Part shown: piece after piece, positions 9,212 to 18,925 of the stretch
How the letters are laid out: each line of letters begins with the position of its first letter
How positions within the stretch are numbered: position 1 is the first letter of the stretch
NCBI GenBank assembly: GCA_028716665.1
Contig: JAQUPP010000002.1
Location: forward strand, 267,717 to 331,716
Direction of reading: 5' to 3'
DNA length: 64,000 bases
Source of the DNA: Patescibacteria group bacterium
GTDB lineage: Bacteria; Patescibacteriota; Patescibacteriia; UBA2591; JAQUPP01
Position numbers and translations under genes: made by a program
The notes under the pieces: generated by a model
Database searches by the model: none
Told to the model about the DNA's origin: nothing
Seen by the model: only the letters and a program-made list of their open reading frames with translations

Positions 9212-10996
9212 ATGATAAATCAAGAATTAGCAAAAATATTTTACGAAATTGCCGAATACCTTGAAATGCAAGGAGTGTCTTTTAAACCCTATGCTTATCA
9301 AAAAGCGGCCCTTACTTTGGAAACACTGGAAGAATCAGCGGAAGATATTTATCACAAAGACGGACTAAAAGGCTTGGAGAAAATTCCCGGAGTGGGCGAG
9401 AGTATTGCTTTGAAAATGGAAGAATATTTAAAAACAGGCAAAATAAAATATTATCAAAAATTAAAAAAACAAACACCGGTTAAAATAGATGAATTAACGG
9501 CGGTTGAAGGAATGGGTCCTCAAAAAATAAAAATACTTTACGAAAAATTAAAGATTAAAGATTTGAAAGATTTGGAAAAAGCGGCTCAGTCGCACAAAAT
9601 CGCTCCGCTTTTCGGCTTTGGCGAAAAAACTGAAAAAAATATTTTGGAAGGAATTGAGTTTTTAAAAAGGAGTAAGGGGAGATTTCTTTTGGGGGAAATT
9701 TTGCCCATGGCCAAAGAAATTTATCAAAAATTGGAAAATTTAAAAGAAGTGGAAAAAGTGGACATGGCCGGTTCTTTGCGAAGAAGACAGGAAACCATCG
9801 GCGATGTTGATTTTTTGGTAATTTCGGAAAATCCAAAAAAAGTGATGGATTTTTTTGTTTCTTTGCCCGGAGTAATAAAAGTTTGGGGCAAAGGTATGAC
9901 AAAAGCTTCAGTCAGAATGAATAACGGTTTTGATATGGATATTCGAGTTGTGCCAAAAAACAGTTATGGCGCGGCTCTTCAATATTTCACCGGTTCAAAA
10001 GATCATAATATTGTTGTCAGGAAAATAGCCATGGAAAAAGGATTAAAACTTTCCGAATACGGACTTTTTCGCGGTTCAAAAATGATTGCCGGAAAAACCG
10101 AAGAAGAAATTTATAAAGCTCTCAATATGAATTGGATACCCCCGGAGATGCGGGAAAACAGAGGAGAGATAGAGGCGGCTTTAAAAAATAATTTGCCGAA
10201 AATTATCGATTATAATGATATTAAGGGCGATTTGCATTGTCATTCCAATTGGGATGGCGGAGAAAATACGATTCTTGAAATGACTGATAAAGCCATGGAA
10301 ATGGGTTATGAATATATTGGTATTTCCGATCACACAAAATTTTTAAGAATTGAAAATGGATTGGACGAGAAACAACTTTTAAAACAGCACGAAGAAATAG
10401 AAAAATTAAATTCCAAATTTCGGCCTAAGGCCGACCAGCCTCGGGCTGGCAAGATTCTTACCTCCACTAAAGTTATAGTGGATGAGCAAAATTCCAAATT
10501 CCGCATCTTGCACGGCTGCGAAACAAATATTTTAAATGACGGTTCAGTTGACATTAAAGATGAGGTTTTAAAGAAATTAGATTTTGTCATTGCCGGCGTT
10601 CATTCCAATTTTAAATTAAGCAAAGAAAAAATGACGGCCAGAATAATCAAGGCGATGAAAAATCCGAATATTGATATTATCTCGCATCCGACCGGCAGAA
10701 TCATCAAGAAAAGAGAAGAGTATCAAATTGATTTTAACGAAATTTTAAAAGCGGCAAAACAAACAGGCACAATTTTGGAAATTAACGCTCATCCGGTGAG
10801 ATTGGATTTAAACGATCAGAATATCCGCCGAGCAAAAGAAATGGGAGTAAAAATGATTATCAATACGGATGCGCATCACAGAGACCAGATGAAACTTATG
10901 GAATTCGGCATTGCTCAAGCCAGGCGAGGTTGGGCGGAGAAAAAAGATATAATCAATACTCAGCCGCTGGAAAAATTATTGGAATATCTAAAATAA
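9212..10996 (+). CDS. DNA polymerase X family protein with C-terminal PHP domain
   Basis: N-terminal HhH Pol-beta-like region (IPGVGESIALK), nucleotidyltransferase GSLRRRQETIGDVD, PHP histidines (HCHSNWDGG, ISDHT, NTDAHH). Confidence 0.85.
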   Translation: MINQELAKIFYEIAEYLEMQGVSFKPYAYQKAALTLETLEESAEDIYHKDGLKGLEKIPGVGESIALKMEEYLKTGKIKYYQKLKKQTPVKIDELTAVEGMGPQKIKILYEKLKIKDLKDLEKAAQSHKIAPLFGFGEKTEKNILEGIEFLKRSKGRFLLGEILPMAKEIYQKLENLKEVEKVDMAGSLRRRQETIGDVDFLVISENPKKVMDFFVSLPGVIKVWGKGMTKASVRMNNGFDMDIRVVPKNSYGAALQYFTGSKDHNIVVRKIAMEKGLKLSEYGLFRGSKMIAGKTEEEIYKALNMNWIPPEMRENRGEIEAALKNNLPKIIDYNDIKGDLHCHSNWDGGENTILEMTDKAMEMGYEYIGISDHTKFLRIENGLDEKQLLKQHEEIEKLNSKFRPKADQPRAGKILTSTKVIVDEQNSKFRILHGCETNILNDGSVDIKDEVLKKLDFVIAGVHSNFKLSKEKMTARIIKAMKNPNIDIISHPTGRIIKKREEYQIDFNEILKAAKQTGTILEINAHPVRLDLNDQNIRRAKEMGVKMIINTDAHHRDQMKLMEFGIAQARRGWAEKKDIINTQPLEKLLEYLK

Positions 10997-11018
10997 AATA
11001 GAGAATAATTTTAAAATT

Positions 11019-11058
11019 AAAAATCCCCGAACTAAGTTTAGTTCGGGGATTTGTTTTA
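11019..11058. terminator. bidirectional intrinsic terminator
   Basis: AAATCCCCGAACTAA-GTT-TAGTTCGGGGATTT. Confidence 0.6.
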
Positions 11059-11835
11059 TTTTTCAAACATTTCTATTGCCGTTTGCAGATAGGCGATAGC
11101 TTTATCCAATTTCAGATGATCGTTACTGTCTCTGAGTCCACCCTCGGCATCAATGCTCACATTTGGGAAATTCCTAATAATTGGTTCAATCAGATGCAAC
11201 GTATCCGGATTCAAACCGCCGGCTATCCCAATTCCTACATCCATATTTTTTATCGTAGGCATTAGAACATCAAGATATCTTTTCGTCTCCAATATATCCA
11301 ATACTCTGCCATAACCGCCGCTGGAGTCCAATAAAACATGATTCACAAATCCTTTATATTTCATTATTCTATTGGCACATTCTTGAGGATTATGACCAAC
11401 CATTTCGAGAGCATGATTCCCAATCTGCAAGATTATTTTTACTCCGGGATTTTTTGCCCGATACATCTTCAAAACATAAGGATCCGGCCAGGCCATATTA
11501 AGTTGAAAACCATGCAGATATTGACCGCTTATAGCAGTTAATTTTCCCAGCTGGTCATAAAGAATATCCCTCTCTTTGGTGTTAAAATGGATTAAACTCA
11601 GAACTTGTGGGTTGTCGGGGAAAATTTTGTAAATTTGATTCAATGATGGATAGCGGCCGGGAAATTTTTCATTTTTTAAACCCCCTAGGGTTTTGGAATT
11701 TGCCAAAACTCCGACCATGATTTTTCTGTTTTCCGGTATTTTCACCTTTAATAAAATTTCAGAAACTTCCTCCGGTTTCATAAAACCCGTAATTCCAATA
11801 TACGGTTTCTCCATTTTTTCCTCCCTGTCTGCCAA
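11056..11835 (-). CDS. TIM-barrel protein resembling phosphoribosylanthranilate isomerase (TrpF-like), uncertain
   Basis: LLDSSGGYG ... GIAGGLNPDTL pattern reminiscent of TrpF phosphate-binding loops; longer than typical TrpF. Confidence 0.35.
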   Translation of the reverse strand: MADREEKMEKPYIGITGFMKPEEVSEILLKVKIPENRKIMVGVLANSKTLGGLKNEKFPGRYPSLNQIYKIFPDNPQVLSLIHFNTKERDILYDQLGKLTAISGQYLHGFQLNMAWPDPYVLKMYRAKNPGVKIILQIGNHALEMVGHNPQECANRIMKYKGFVNHVLLDSSGGYGRVLDILETKRYLDVLMPTIKNMDVGIGIAGGLNPDTLHLIEPIIRNFPNVSIDAEGGLRDSNDHLKLDKAIAYLQTAIEMFEK

Positions 11836-12018
11836 TAGCAGGCTTTTTTTAAAGTGCTTTTTATTAAAGCGATTATTCGGCTTTAACTTTAGTCATTATT
11901 TTATCATAAAAATCAATTTTTGTCAACCCCCACACCAAATGGCAATATTTTTTTATTTGTGTCCAAAGGCGCTAATCGCCATTCTGGTGTGAGAGTCAAC
12001 CCCGTTTTATTCAATTAA

Positions 12019-12057
12019 AAAAGGGCGAATTATATTTATTCGCCCTTTTATTTTTTT
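12019..12057. terminator. bidirectional intrinsic terminator
   Basis: AAAGGGCGAAT-loop-ATTCGCCCTTTTATTTTTTT. Confidence 0.6.
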
Positions 12058-12358
12058 AATTTTTCAGGATTCTTTTTTTCAATTGTTTCGGCCCGTTTTT
12101 ACAAAATTCTTTTTCAATCGCAATGGTCATACTAAACCCAAAATTGCCTTCTATCATATTAAGCCAACTTCTTAACAACATACAATATTCCGGAGAGCTA
12201 GTATATCCATTCTCTATCCGTTGATAAAGCGTTACTCCATATTTTGGAAATAAGGCAATGAAATCTTTGGCCATCTCTTGAGTAAGTTCTTCTATTTTTT
12301 CAGTATATTTAGAACGTAATTTTGTCGACGCTCTATTAATTTTTTTGATACCATCCAT
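12056..12358 (-). CDS. hypothetical protein
   Basis: AGGAGGTG SD; second gene of a two-gene operon. Confidence 0.4.
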   Translation of the reverse strand: MDGIKKINRASTKLRSKYTEKIEELTQEMAKDFIALFPKYGVTLYQRIENGYTSSPEYCMLLRSWLNMIEGNFGFSMTIAIEKEFCKNGPKQLKKRILKN

Positions 12359-12376
12359 TTTTCACCTCCTTTTTTG

Positions 12377-12997
12377 TTATTTTTCAATCGGATGAGACAT
12401 AATTTTTTTCAAGACAATTTTATTAAGATATTGTCTGAATTCATCCATTACCTTGGCAGTGCTGAATGATTTCGGTTCATTACCTTCAGGGTCATACTCA
12501 CGACCCAAATCATTAGTATGCACCAGAAGAGGAGGTCGGCATCTTGGATGCGTATGCGGTATTCTATCGAATTTGTCTTCACTATTTTTTCCGCAATGGC
12601 ATTCACCTTTGTATTCAAGATACATTCTCGGTTCTTTTCTGAGCTTGCTGTTAACCTTTACGTTATTTATAAATTTATCGCGATCTCGCTCCCAATTGTC
12701 GCCGACATAGAGATAGAAAGTAGGGCCGGATTCGTCTTCATAGACATTGAGTTGCTTTTTGGGAATCACGATTCTGGTTATAAACGCAATAGCGCCATCA
12801 GTTATAGGACGGGGTTTATAATAAAAATAGAGTTCAAAATCTTGTCCTCTGACATACCTCACGCAAAAAAGTTCTTCTTCATCGAATTCCACTTTGATGC
12901 CGGGTACTTGCCAATTACGCTTTTTAAGTTCGTGAAGAATTTTTTCACAAACACAACCAAATGGAAATTGTCGACTGACGGAAATAGGTTTTGCCAT
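12377..12997 (-). CDS. Cys/His-rich hypothetical protein (possible metal-binding)
   Basis: AAGGAGG SD; CVCE, CHCG, HTHPRC clusters. Confidence 0.45.
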   Translation of the reverse strand: MAKPISVSRQFPFGCVCEKILHELKKRNWQVPGIKVEFDEEELFCVRYVRGQDFELYFYYKPRPITDGAIAFITRIVIPKKQLNVYEDESGPTFYLYVGDNWERDRDKFINNVKVNSKLRKEPRMYLEYKGECHCGKNSEDKFDRIPHTHPRCRPPLLVHTNDLGREYDPEGNEPKSFSTAKVMDEFRQYLNKIVLKKIMSHPIEK

Positions 12998-13050
12998 TTT
13001 TCCTCCTTGTCTGCTGATTTGCAGACTTTTTTATTTTTAAGAACTGTTAT

Positions 13051-13080
13051 TATTTAAGCAAATTTTTCGGTTTTTGTCAA
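13051..13080 (-). promoter_or_regulatory. sigma70-like promoter on minus strand for the 12997-12056 operon
   Basis: reverse complement reads TTGACAAAAACCGAAAAATTTGCTTAAATA. Confidence 0.45.
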
Positions 13081-13083
13081 ATT

Positions 13084-15123
13084 TTATTTCAATAAGAATA
13101 AAGGCAATAAAACCAAAGTTAGAGTGGAAAGCAATTTAATCAAAACATGAAGCGAAGGACCGGCGGTGTCTTTAAATGGATCGCCGACTGTGTCGCCGAC
13201 AACTGTGGCTTTGTGCGTGTCTGAACCTTTGCCGCCGAGATTTCCGATTTCAATGAATTTTTTCGCATTATCCCAAGCTCCGCCGCCGTTATTTAAAACC
13301 AAAGCCAATAAAATTCCGGCAATCGTAGCAACCATTAAAAAGGCGCCGATTACTTCGGCTTTGAAAATAATACCGATTAAAGTCGGCAATAAAATCGCCA
13401 CCAAGCCAGGTAAAATCATTTCTTTTAAAGCGCCCTTGGTGGTAATATCAACGCAGCGAGCATAATCCGGTTTAGCCAAACCTTTCATAATATCCGGATT
13501 TTTTTTGAATTGATCACGCACTTCATTAATAATATAGTAAGCACCGCGGCTGACTGCGCGAATAGCCAAAGAAGAAAAAAGGAAAACCAACATTGCTCCC
13601 AATAATCCGCCGGTGAAAACAGCCGGTTTGGCCAAGTCAATACTTGTTAAATGAGCGTCGGTTAAGAAAGCGGAAAAAAGCAAGAACGCAGCCAATGCGG
13701 CAGAACCGACAGCATAACCTTTTGTTAAAGCTTTAGTCGTGTTGCCGACAGAATCCAAACGATCGGTAATTTTGCGCACCTCAGGAGATGCTTGCGACAT
13801 TTCAACAATTCCTCCGGCATTATCGGTAATCGGACCAAAAGTGTCCATGGCTAAAATATAAGCCGCAGTAGATAACATTCCCATTGTGGCAATAGCCGTG
13901 CCATAAAGTCCGCCCTGATTCAAACCTGACATTTTTCCCAGCCAATAAGAACCCAAAAGCGCGGCGCTGATTACAACAGCCGGTAAAGCAGTACTTTCTA
14001 AAGCAACAGCAAAACCGGAAATAATATTTGTCGCAGCTCCGGTTGTTGATGCTTGAGCAATTGATTTAACAGGACGATAACGATATTCGGTATAATATTG
14101 AGTGATTAATAAAAAGGCGACGCCGGTCAATAGACCGACTAGGCCGCAAGTGAAAAATAATAACCAATGTGAATGCAAGAGCCAATGAGTGGCAAAACCA
14201 AAACCGATTGCCGCTAAAACAGCGGTTAAATAAAATCCGCGATTTAAAGATTTCATCGGATCTTCACTGCCTTTAACTTTTACAATCATTATTCCAAAAA
14301 TGGAAGCGATTAATCCGAAAGCGCGGGCAACCAAAGGAAAAATGATTCCGGCTAAACCGAAAATTGGGAACAAAGCAATTCCTAAAATCATGGCGCCGAT
14401 ATTTTCCGCAGCCGTGCTTTCAAACAAATCCGCTCCGCGGCCTGCGCAATCTCCGACATTATCACCAACCAAATCAGCGATAACAGCCGGGTTTCTGATA
14501 TCGTCTTCGGGAATGCCGGCTTCAACTTTGCCGACTAAATCAGCGCCGACGTCAGCCGCTTTGGTGTAAATTCCTCCGCCCAATTGAGCGAATAACGCCA
14601 CCAGTGACGCGCCAAATCCAAAACCGACAATTGTTAATGGAACGATTTCAGGATTTTTTAAACCGCCGTATAAAACAAAAAGTCCGGCTACGCCTAAAAG
14701 CGATAAAGCCACGACTAAAATTCCGGAAACAGCGCCGCCTCGCATTGCCATTTTTACCGCCAAATCAACATTTTTCGTGGAAGCGACGGCAGTGCGCAAA
14801 TTGGCTCGTACTGAAATATACATGCCGATAAAACCGGCTAAGCCGGAACAAAACGCGCCGGCGATAAAAGCGATGGCTGTTTTAACTCCCAAATTAAGAT
14901 CGTCATTAAACGCGTAAAGGCAAAAAATTAAAATGGCGCACAAAGAAGTAATTAAAGCAATGGTTGAATATTGTCTTTTTAAAAATGCCATTGCTCCTTG
15001 TTTGATAGCCAGAGCGATTTCTTGCATTTTATCCGAACCTTGGTCGCTTTTTAAAACAAAGCGCGCTAGAAAAAAAGCAACGATTAGGCCTGTTAAACTG
15101 ATACAAAATACAGTGATCAACAT
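13084..15123 (-). CDS. hppA: membrane-bound H+-translocating pyrophosphatase
   Basis: GDNVGDCAGRGADLFES and VGDTVGDPFKDTAGPSLHVLIKL signature motifs; multi-TM. Confidence 0.9.
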   Translation of the reverse strand: MLITVFCISLTGLIVAFFLARFVLKSDQGSDKMQEIALAIKQGAMAFLKRQYSTIALITSLCAILIFCLYAFNDDLNLGVKTAIAFIAGAFCSGLAGFIGMYISVRANLRTAVASTKNVDLAVKMAMRGGAVSGILVVALSLLGVAGLFVLYGGLKNPEIVPLTIVGFGFGASLVALFAQLGGGIYTKAADVGADLVGKVEAGIPEDDIRNPAVIADLVGDNVGDCAGRGADLFESTAAENIGAMILGIALFPIFGLAGIIFPLVARAFGLIASIFGIMIVKVKGSEDPMKSLNRGFYLTAVLAAIGFGFATHWLLHSHWLLFFTCGLVGLLTGVAFLLITQYYTEYRYRPVKSIAQASTTGAATNIISGFAVALESTALPAVVISAALLGSYWLGKMSGLNQGGLYGTAIATMGMLSTAAYILAMDTFGPITDNAGGIVEMSQASPEVRKITDRLDSVGNTTKALTKGYAVGSAALAAFLLFSAFLTDAHLTSIDLAKPAVFTGGLLGAMLVFLFSSLAIRAVSRGAYYIINEVRDQFKKNPDIMKGLAKPDYARCVDITTKGALKEMILPGLVAILLPTLIGIIFKAEVIGAFLMVATIAGILLALVLNNGGGAWDNAKKFIEIGNLGGKGSDTHKATVVGDTVGDPFKDTAGPSLHVLIKLLSTLTLVLLPLFLLK

Positions 15124-15240
15124 AATTTTTATTAAATTAATTATAAAGTATTGTAAATTTTATCAAATATTTATTTTTTGTCAAGATTATTAAAAATAAA
15201 AAATAGCTAATTAATAATTAAATTAGCTATTTTTTATAAA

Positions 15241-15648
15241 TTATAAAAACTTTATTTTTTCTTTATTTACTGTTAAAAATTCTTTTTTAACCGCTAATTG
15301 CGGGAATTTTTTGCGAATGATTTTCTCGGCTTTTTCCAATTCTTTCTTGTGAAATTCAATTTCTTCTTTTTCTGATTTAAAATTTTTACTTCCGCCATAA
15401 GCTCCGCAATCTATGTGATTCACCAAAATTATTGAGTGCGGGTGATGCAATTTTATAGATATTCCGATATTTTCCAAAAGAGTTATTTTGTTTTCTTTTT
15501 TAGCCGGCGAAGTTAAATTTTTGATCGCTCCGGCTATTGTAATCAAATCAAAGTGGCCGTATTTTTCTTTTAAAAGCGGTAAGGCCTGAGGCCAAAAACG
15601 GTAATCAATACAAGAAATAACAATTGATAAGTTTTTTTGATGCAGCAT
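15241..15648 (-). CDS. small beta-carbonic-anhydrase-like protein (minimal)
   Basis: CIDYR and HIDCG zinc-ligand-like motifs about 57 residues apart, as in beta-CA (CxDxR ... HxxCG); only 135 aa. Confidence 0.35.
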   Translation of the reverse strand: MLHQKNLSIVISCIDYRFWPQALPLLKEKYGHFDLITIAGAIKNLTSPAKKENKITLLENIGISIKLHHPHSIILVNHIDCGAYGGSKNFKSEKEEIEFHKKELEKAEKIIRKKFPQLAVKKEFLTVNKEKIKFL

Positions 15649-15670
15649 ATTATTTTAATAATTTTTTATT

Positions 15671-15757
15671 TGGTGCCGGAGGAGAGATTTGAACTCTCAT
15701 AAGCTTGCGCTTACAGCGCTCTGAACGCTGCGTGTATACCAGTTTCACCACTCCGGC
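15671..15757 (-). tRNA. tRNA-Leu (anticodon CAG), class II with long variable arm
   Basis: minus-strand GCCGGAG acceptor, anticodon stem CAGCG/CGCTG with loop TTCAGAG, T-loop GAGTTCAAATCTC, CCA encoded. Confidence 0.85.
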
Positions 15758-15809
15758 AAAAGTATACCAACTTGCCCCGCTTTTCGCGGCGGGGTTCCAC
15801 CACGTGGGC

Positions 15810-17603
15810 CTACTTCCAAACCATCTTTGTTTTAATATACCAATTTTCAATATTGATAAAACGATCTGATGGTCGGTGAATATAATTGATATCTATCCCT
15901 TTTATTTTTTTATCAACCAGGTAGCTGTAAGTGGTATTGTATAAGAAAACGGCCGGAATATTTTCAGCGATAATTTCTTGAAAGTCGCCCCAATATTTTT
16001 TACCTAAATTATTTCCTTTTGTTTTTTCCGCTTTTTCCAATAATTCATCAGCCTTTCTATTATTAAAACCGCTTAAATTCAAACCCGGAGGCGCGATTTG
16101 CGAAGAATGCCAAAGAAAATAAGGATCGGAATCGGAATTAGCCAAAACGCCATAAAGAAAACTTTGAAAATTACGCGCTTTGATAACTTCAGCAATTTGG
16201 TCCGGTGAAATGGTAATTGATTTTATTTTAATGCCGATATCTTGCCAGGCGGTTTGAATTAATTTAGCAGTTGTTTCCAAATCAGGCTGACTGACCGTAG
16301 TGAGAGTTATTTCCAATTCTTGTCCGTTTTTTTCAAAAATTCCCCGCTGATTTTTTTGCCAACCGGCTTGAGTTAAAGTTTTTTCCGCCAAAGACGGATT
16401 AAAACTGTATTTTGTAATATTCGGATTGTAAGCGGAAGAAAAAGGGAGGATAGCGCTGTCTATAATTTGCCCTTCTTCGTTTAAAACATTTTTAAAAATT
16501 TGATTTTTGGGTGTTAAATAAGCCAATGCTTCTCGAACAGATTTATCTTTTAAAGGAGAATTTTGATCTTTAAGATTAAAAAAGATAACAGTATAATATG
16601 GCAAGTTAAGGGGGTAATGTTTGATATTTTTAAGACCGGACACTTCGTCTCTTATTTTTTTAGGAGCATATCCCAGACCGATAATTTCTTGATTTTTTAA
16701 AGCTTTGGCTGCTTGATTGAAATCGGAATAAATTTTAAAAGTTATTTCTTGTAGATTTGCCACGTGTCCGTAAAATTTTTCATTGCGTTCCAAAGTATAT
16801 ACTTTAATAACATTAGATCTGTCTTGGGTTAAAGATTTAAATTGAAACGGACCACTTCCTATTGGTTTGAGATTAAATTCTGATTGAGAAAAAATTTCCG
16901 GTGTAATATTTTGCCAAATGTGTTTTGGTAAAATTCCCAAGGCAAGGGCGGACATAAAAGCGTCTGAAGGATTTTTTAATTTAAATTGAACGCAATTTTC
17001 ATCAAGCTGTTGAGCTTCTGATTCTTTAATCAAGGATTTAAATTGACTTTTAGAAACATCACTTTGAGCCAAATTAAAAGTGAATAATATGTCTTCAGGG
17101 GTTAATTTTTCTCCGTCATGCCAAAATATATTTTTTTTAAGACAAACTGTGTATTGTTTTTTATCTTGGCTGACCGAAACATTTTCAGCCAAATCAGGTT
17201 TTAATTCCAAGTTTTTATTATATTCTAAAAGTCCGGAAAAAATCAAACGGGATAAATCCAAATCCATGTCATCGGAAGCGAGAAGAGGATTAATAAATTT
17301 TGGCTCACTGACAGATCCTTCAATATAATATCCGCCGCTGATAGGTTTTGTTTGTAAATTAAAAAACCAAAAACGCCCGACAAGAAAAATAAAAGAAAAA
17401 AGAGTCAGGCATGTCAGAACAATAACAACTCTTTTCTCTTGAATAGTCAGAAAACGCCCGACATATTTTATTTGTTTTAAAGTCGGATGTTTTTTATTGA
17501 ATATTTGTTTGAAAATTCGGTGCTCAAATTCCGGAATAGCAACAAACCGATTTTTCAATCTTTGTACAATTTTTTTGATCATGGAGAGTTTTTCTATTGC
17601 CAA
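15810..17603 (-). CDS. ABC transporter substrate-binding protein, family 5 (peptide/nickel type), membrane-anchored
   Basis: N-terminal TM helix, size and FWHDGEKLTPEDILFTF-type SBP_bac_5 region. Confidence 0.55.
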   Translation of the reverse strand: MAIEKLSMIKKIVQRLKNRFVAIPEFEHRIFKQIFNKKHPTLKQIKYVGRFLTIQEKRVVIVLTCLTLFSFIFLVGRFWFFNLQTKPISGGYYIEGSVSEPKFINPLLASDDMDLDLSRLIFSGLLEYNKNLELKPDLAENVSVSQDKKQYTVCLKKNIFWHDGEKLTPEDILFTFNLAQSDVSKSQFKSLIKESEAQQLDENCVQFKLKNPSDAFMSALALGILPKHIWQNITPEIFSQSEFNLKPIGSGPFQFKSLTQDRSNVIKVYTLERNEKFYGHVANLQEITFKIYSDFNQAAKALKNQEIIGLGYAPKKIRDEVSGLKNIKHYPLNLPYYTVIFFNLKDQNSPLKDKSVREALAYLTPKNQIFKNVLNEEGQIIDSAILPFSSAYNPNITKYSFNPSLAEKTLTQAGWQKNQRGIFEKNGQELEITLTTVSQPDLETTAKLIQTAWQDIGIKIKSITISPDQIAEVIKARNFQSFLYGVLANSDSDPYFLWHSSQIAPPGLNLSGFNNRKADELLEKAEKTKGNNLGKKYWGDFQEIIAENIPAVFLYNTTYSYLVDKKIKGIDINYIHRPSDRFINIENWYIKTKMVWK

Positions 17604-17675
17604 GCGAGCGAGGGAAATGAAAATAGTAAATTTTTATTTCCGAGCGAGCACAGGCAAAAAATGGTTTAATAACCT

Positions 17676-17909
17676 TTACTTGGCGATAATTAATTGAACC
17701 ACTCCCAAGATGAGAAAGGCAACTGCGGCTACGGCAGTAATCGCGAAGATAATTTTTTCAAGTCCTCGTTTGGTGTGATAAACATCACCGCCACCGCCTC
17801 CGCCGAATAATCCTGACGCACCTCCGCCTCTTGCTTGCAAAAGCACTCCACTGATAAGAACAGCGGAAACGACGATTTGAACAATGTTGAGAATTTGAGA
17901 TGTAGACAT
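17676..17909 (-). CDS. secG: preprotein translocase subunit SecG
   Basis: 77 aa, two TM helices with Gly-rich loop LLQARGGGASGLFGGGGGG. Confidence 0.55.
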   Translation of the reverse strand: MSTSQILNIVQIVVSAVLISGVLLQARGGGASGLFGGGGGGDVYHTKRGLEKIIFAITAVAAVAFLILGVVQLIIAK

Positions 17910-17930
17910 ATAAATTTTTTTATTAATTAA

Positions 17931-18746
17931 TTATTTCTTAACTGTTGCTAAATAGGTATTTTTTAATAAAAATGCGACGCTTAGCGGACCAATGCCGCCG
18001 GGAACAGGCGAAAAGTAAGAAGCTTTTAAGGCAACTTTTGGATCAACATCTCCGGCCGGTTTGTTATTAACTCGGTTATAACCAACGTCTATGACAATGG
18101 CATTTTTTTTGATTATTTCTGATTTGATAAAATGAGGTTTGCCGATAGCGACAATCACAATATCCGCTTTTTTTATTGCTGTTGGATTTTTTATTTTTCC
18201 TTTAACCAAATAAACGCATTGAGATTTTATTTTTTGGCGAATCAATAATTCGGCCAATGGCTGAGCGAAAATCGGATTCTTGGAAATAATCACCGCTGTT
18301 CTCCCTGCCTGCCGGCAGGCAGGTTTTTTTTCTTTCGCGACTTGAATCAGTTTTAAAACAGCTAAATGAGCAGGTGAAGAGAAAAGAGATTGTTTAACAA
18401 AACCGTCAACATCTTTTTCTGGCAAAATTGATTGAGCGATTAAATTTGAATTCAAATGTTTGGGAAGAGGGAATTGGATAATAATGCCGTGAACATGAGA
18501 ATTGGAATTAAGTTTTTGAATTAAATCCAAAACTTTTTTTTGGCTGACGTTATTTTTCAAATCAAAACGAACAAATTTAATGCCGATTTCTTGGGCCGCT
18601 TTTTCTTTTAATCTGACGTAAACTATTGAGCCCGGGTCTTTGCCGATTAGAATTACTGCCAAGCAGGGTTTTGTCCTTTGCCTTTTAATCGTTGTTTTCA
18701 GGTCCTGAAGTATTGTTTTGGCTATTTTTTTCCCGTTTAAAAACAT
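17931..18746 (-). CDS. folD: bifunctional methylenetetrahydrofolate dehydrogenase/cyclohydrolase
   Basis: MFLNGKKIAK...PCLAVILIGKDPGSIVYVRLKEKA N-terminus, Rossmann GKP region; TATAAT with TGG extension 6 nt before ATG (leaderless-like). Confidence 0.85.
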   Translation of the reverse strand: MFLNGKKIAKTILQDLKTTIKRQRTKPCLAVILIGKDPGSIVYVRLKEKAAQEIGIKFVRFDLKNNVSQKKVLDLIQKLNSNSHVHGIIIQFPLPKHLNSNLIAQSILPEKDVDGFVKQSLFSSPAHLAVLKLIQVAKEKKPACRQAGRTAVIISKNPIFAQPLAELLIRQKIKSQCVYLVKGKIKNPTAIKKADIVIVAIGKPHFIKSEIIKKNAIVIDVGYNRVNNKPAGDVDPKVALKASYFSPVPGGIGPLSVAFLLKNTYLATVKK

Positions 18747-18774
18747 AGAATTATTATACCAGAAAGTTAAAAAT

Positions 18775-18925
18775 AGGGAAGAGGGGCGGCCATTAGGTTG
18801 GCCGCACGAAAAGACTCCGCCAGCTGGCGGACCACTCGGACTCCGTGACGCTTTTCTTTGCGGCGCAATCTGATGGCCTAAGGGGGTAAAAAAAGGAATA
18901 TTGGGAATAATTTTGAAAAATCAAT
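18775..18925. ncRNA. GC-rich structured element (candidate small RNA), class unknown
   Basis: about 60% GC island in AT-rich DNA; nested helices TTAGG/CCTAA, GCCGC/GCGGC, GAAAAG/CTTTTC; perfect 14-nt palindrome CCGCCAGCTGGCGG; followed by plus-strand terminator. Confidence 0.3.

Noticed and set aside
12453-13057. Plus-strand ORFs of 85 and 179 aa
   Set aside because: They run antisense to the SD-supported 12377..12997 CDS
14300-14831. Plus-strand ORFs of 89 and 75 aa
   Set aside because: They run antisense within hppA; Ala/Pro-rich translations are typical of reverse frames of a GC-richer membrane-protein gene
15650-15850. 66-aa minus-strand ORF
   Set aside because: It coincides with tRNA-Leu(CAG)
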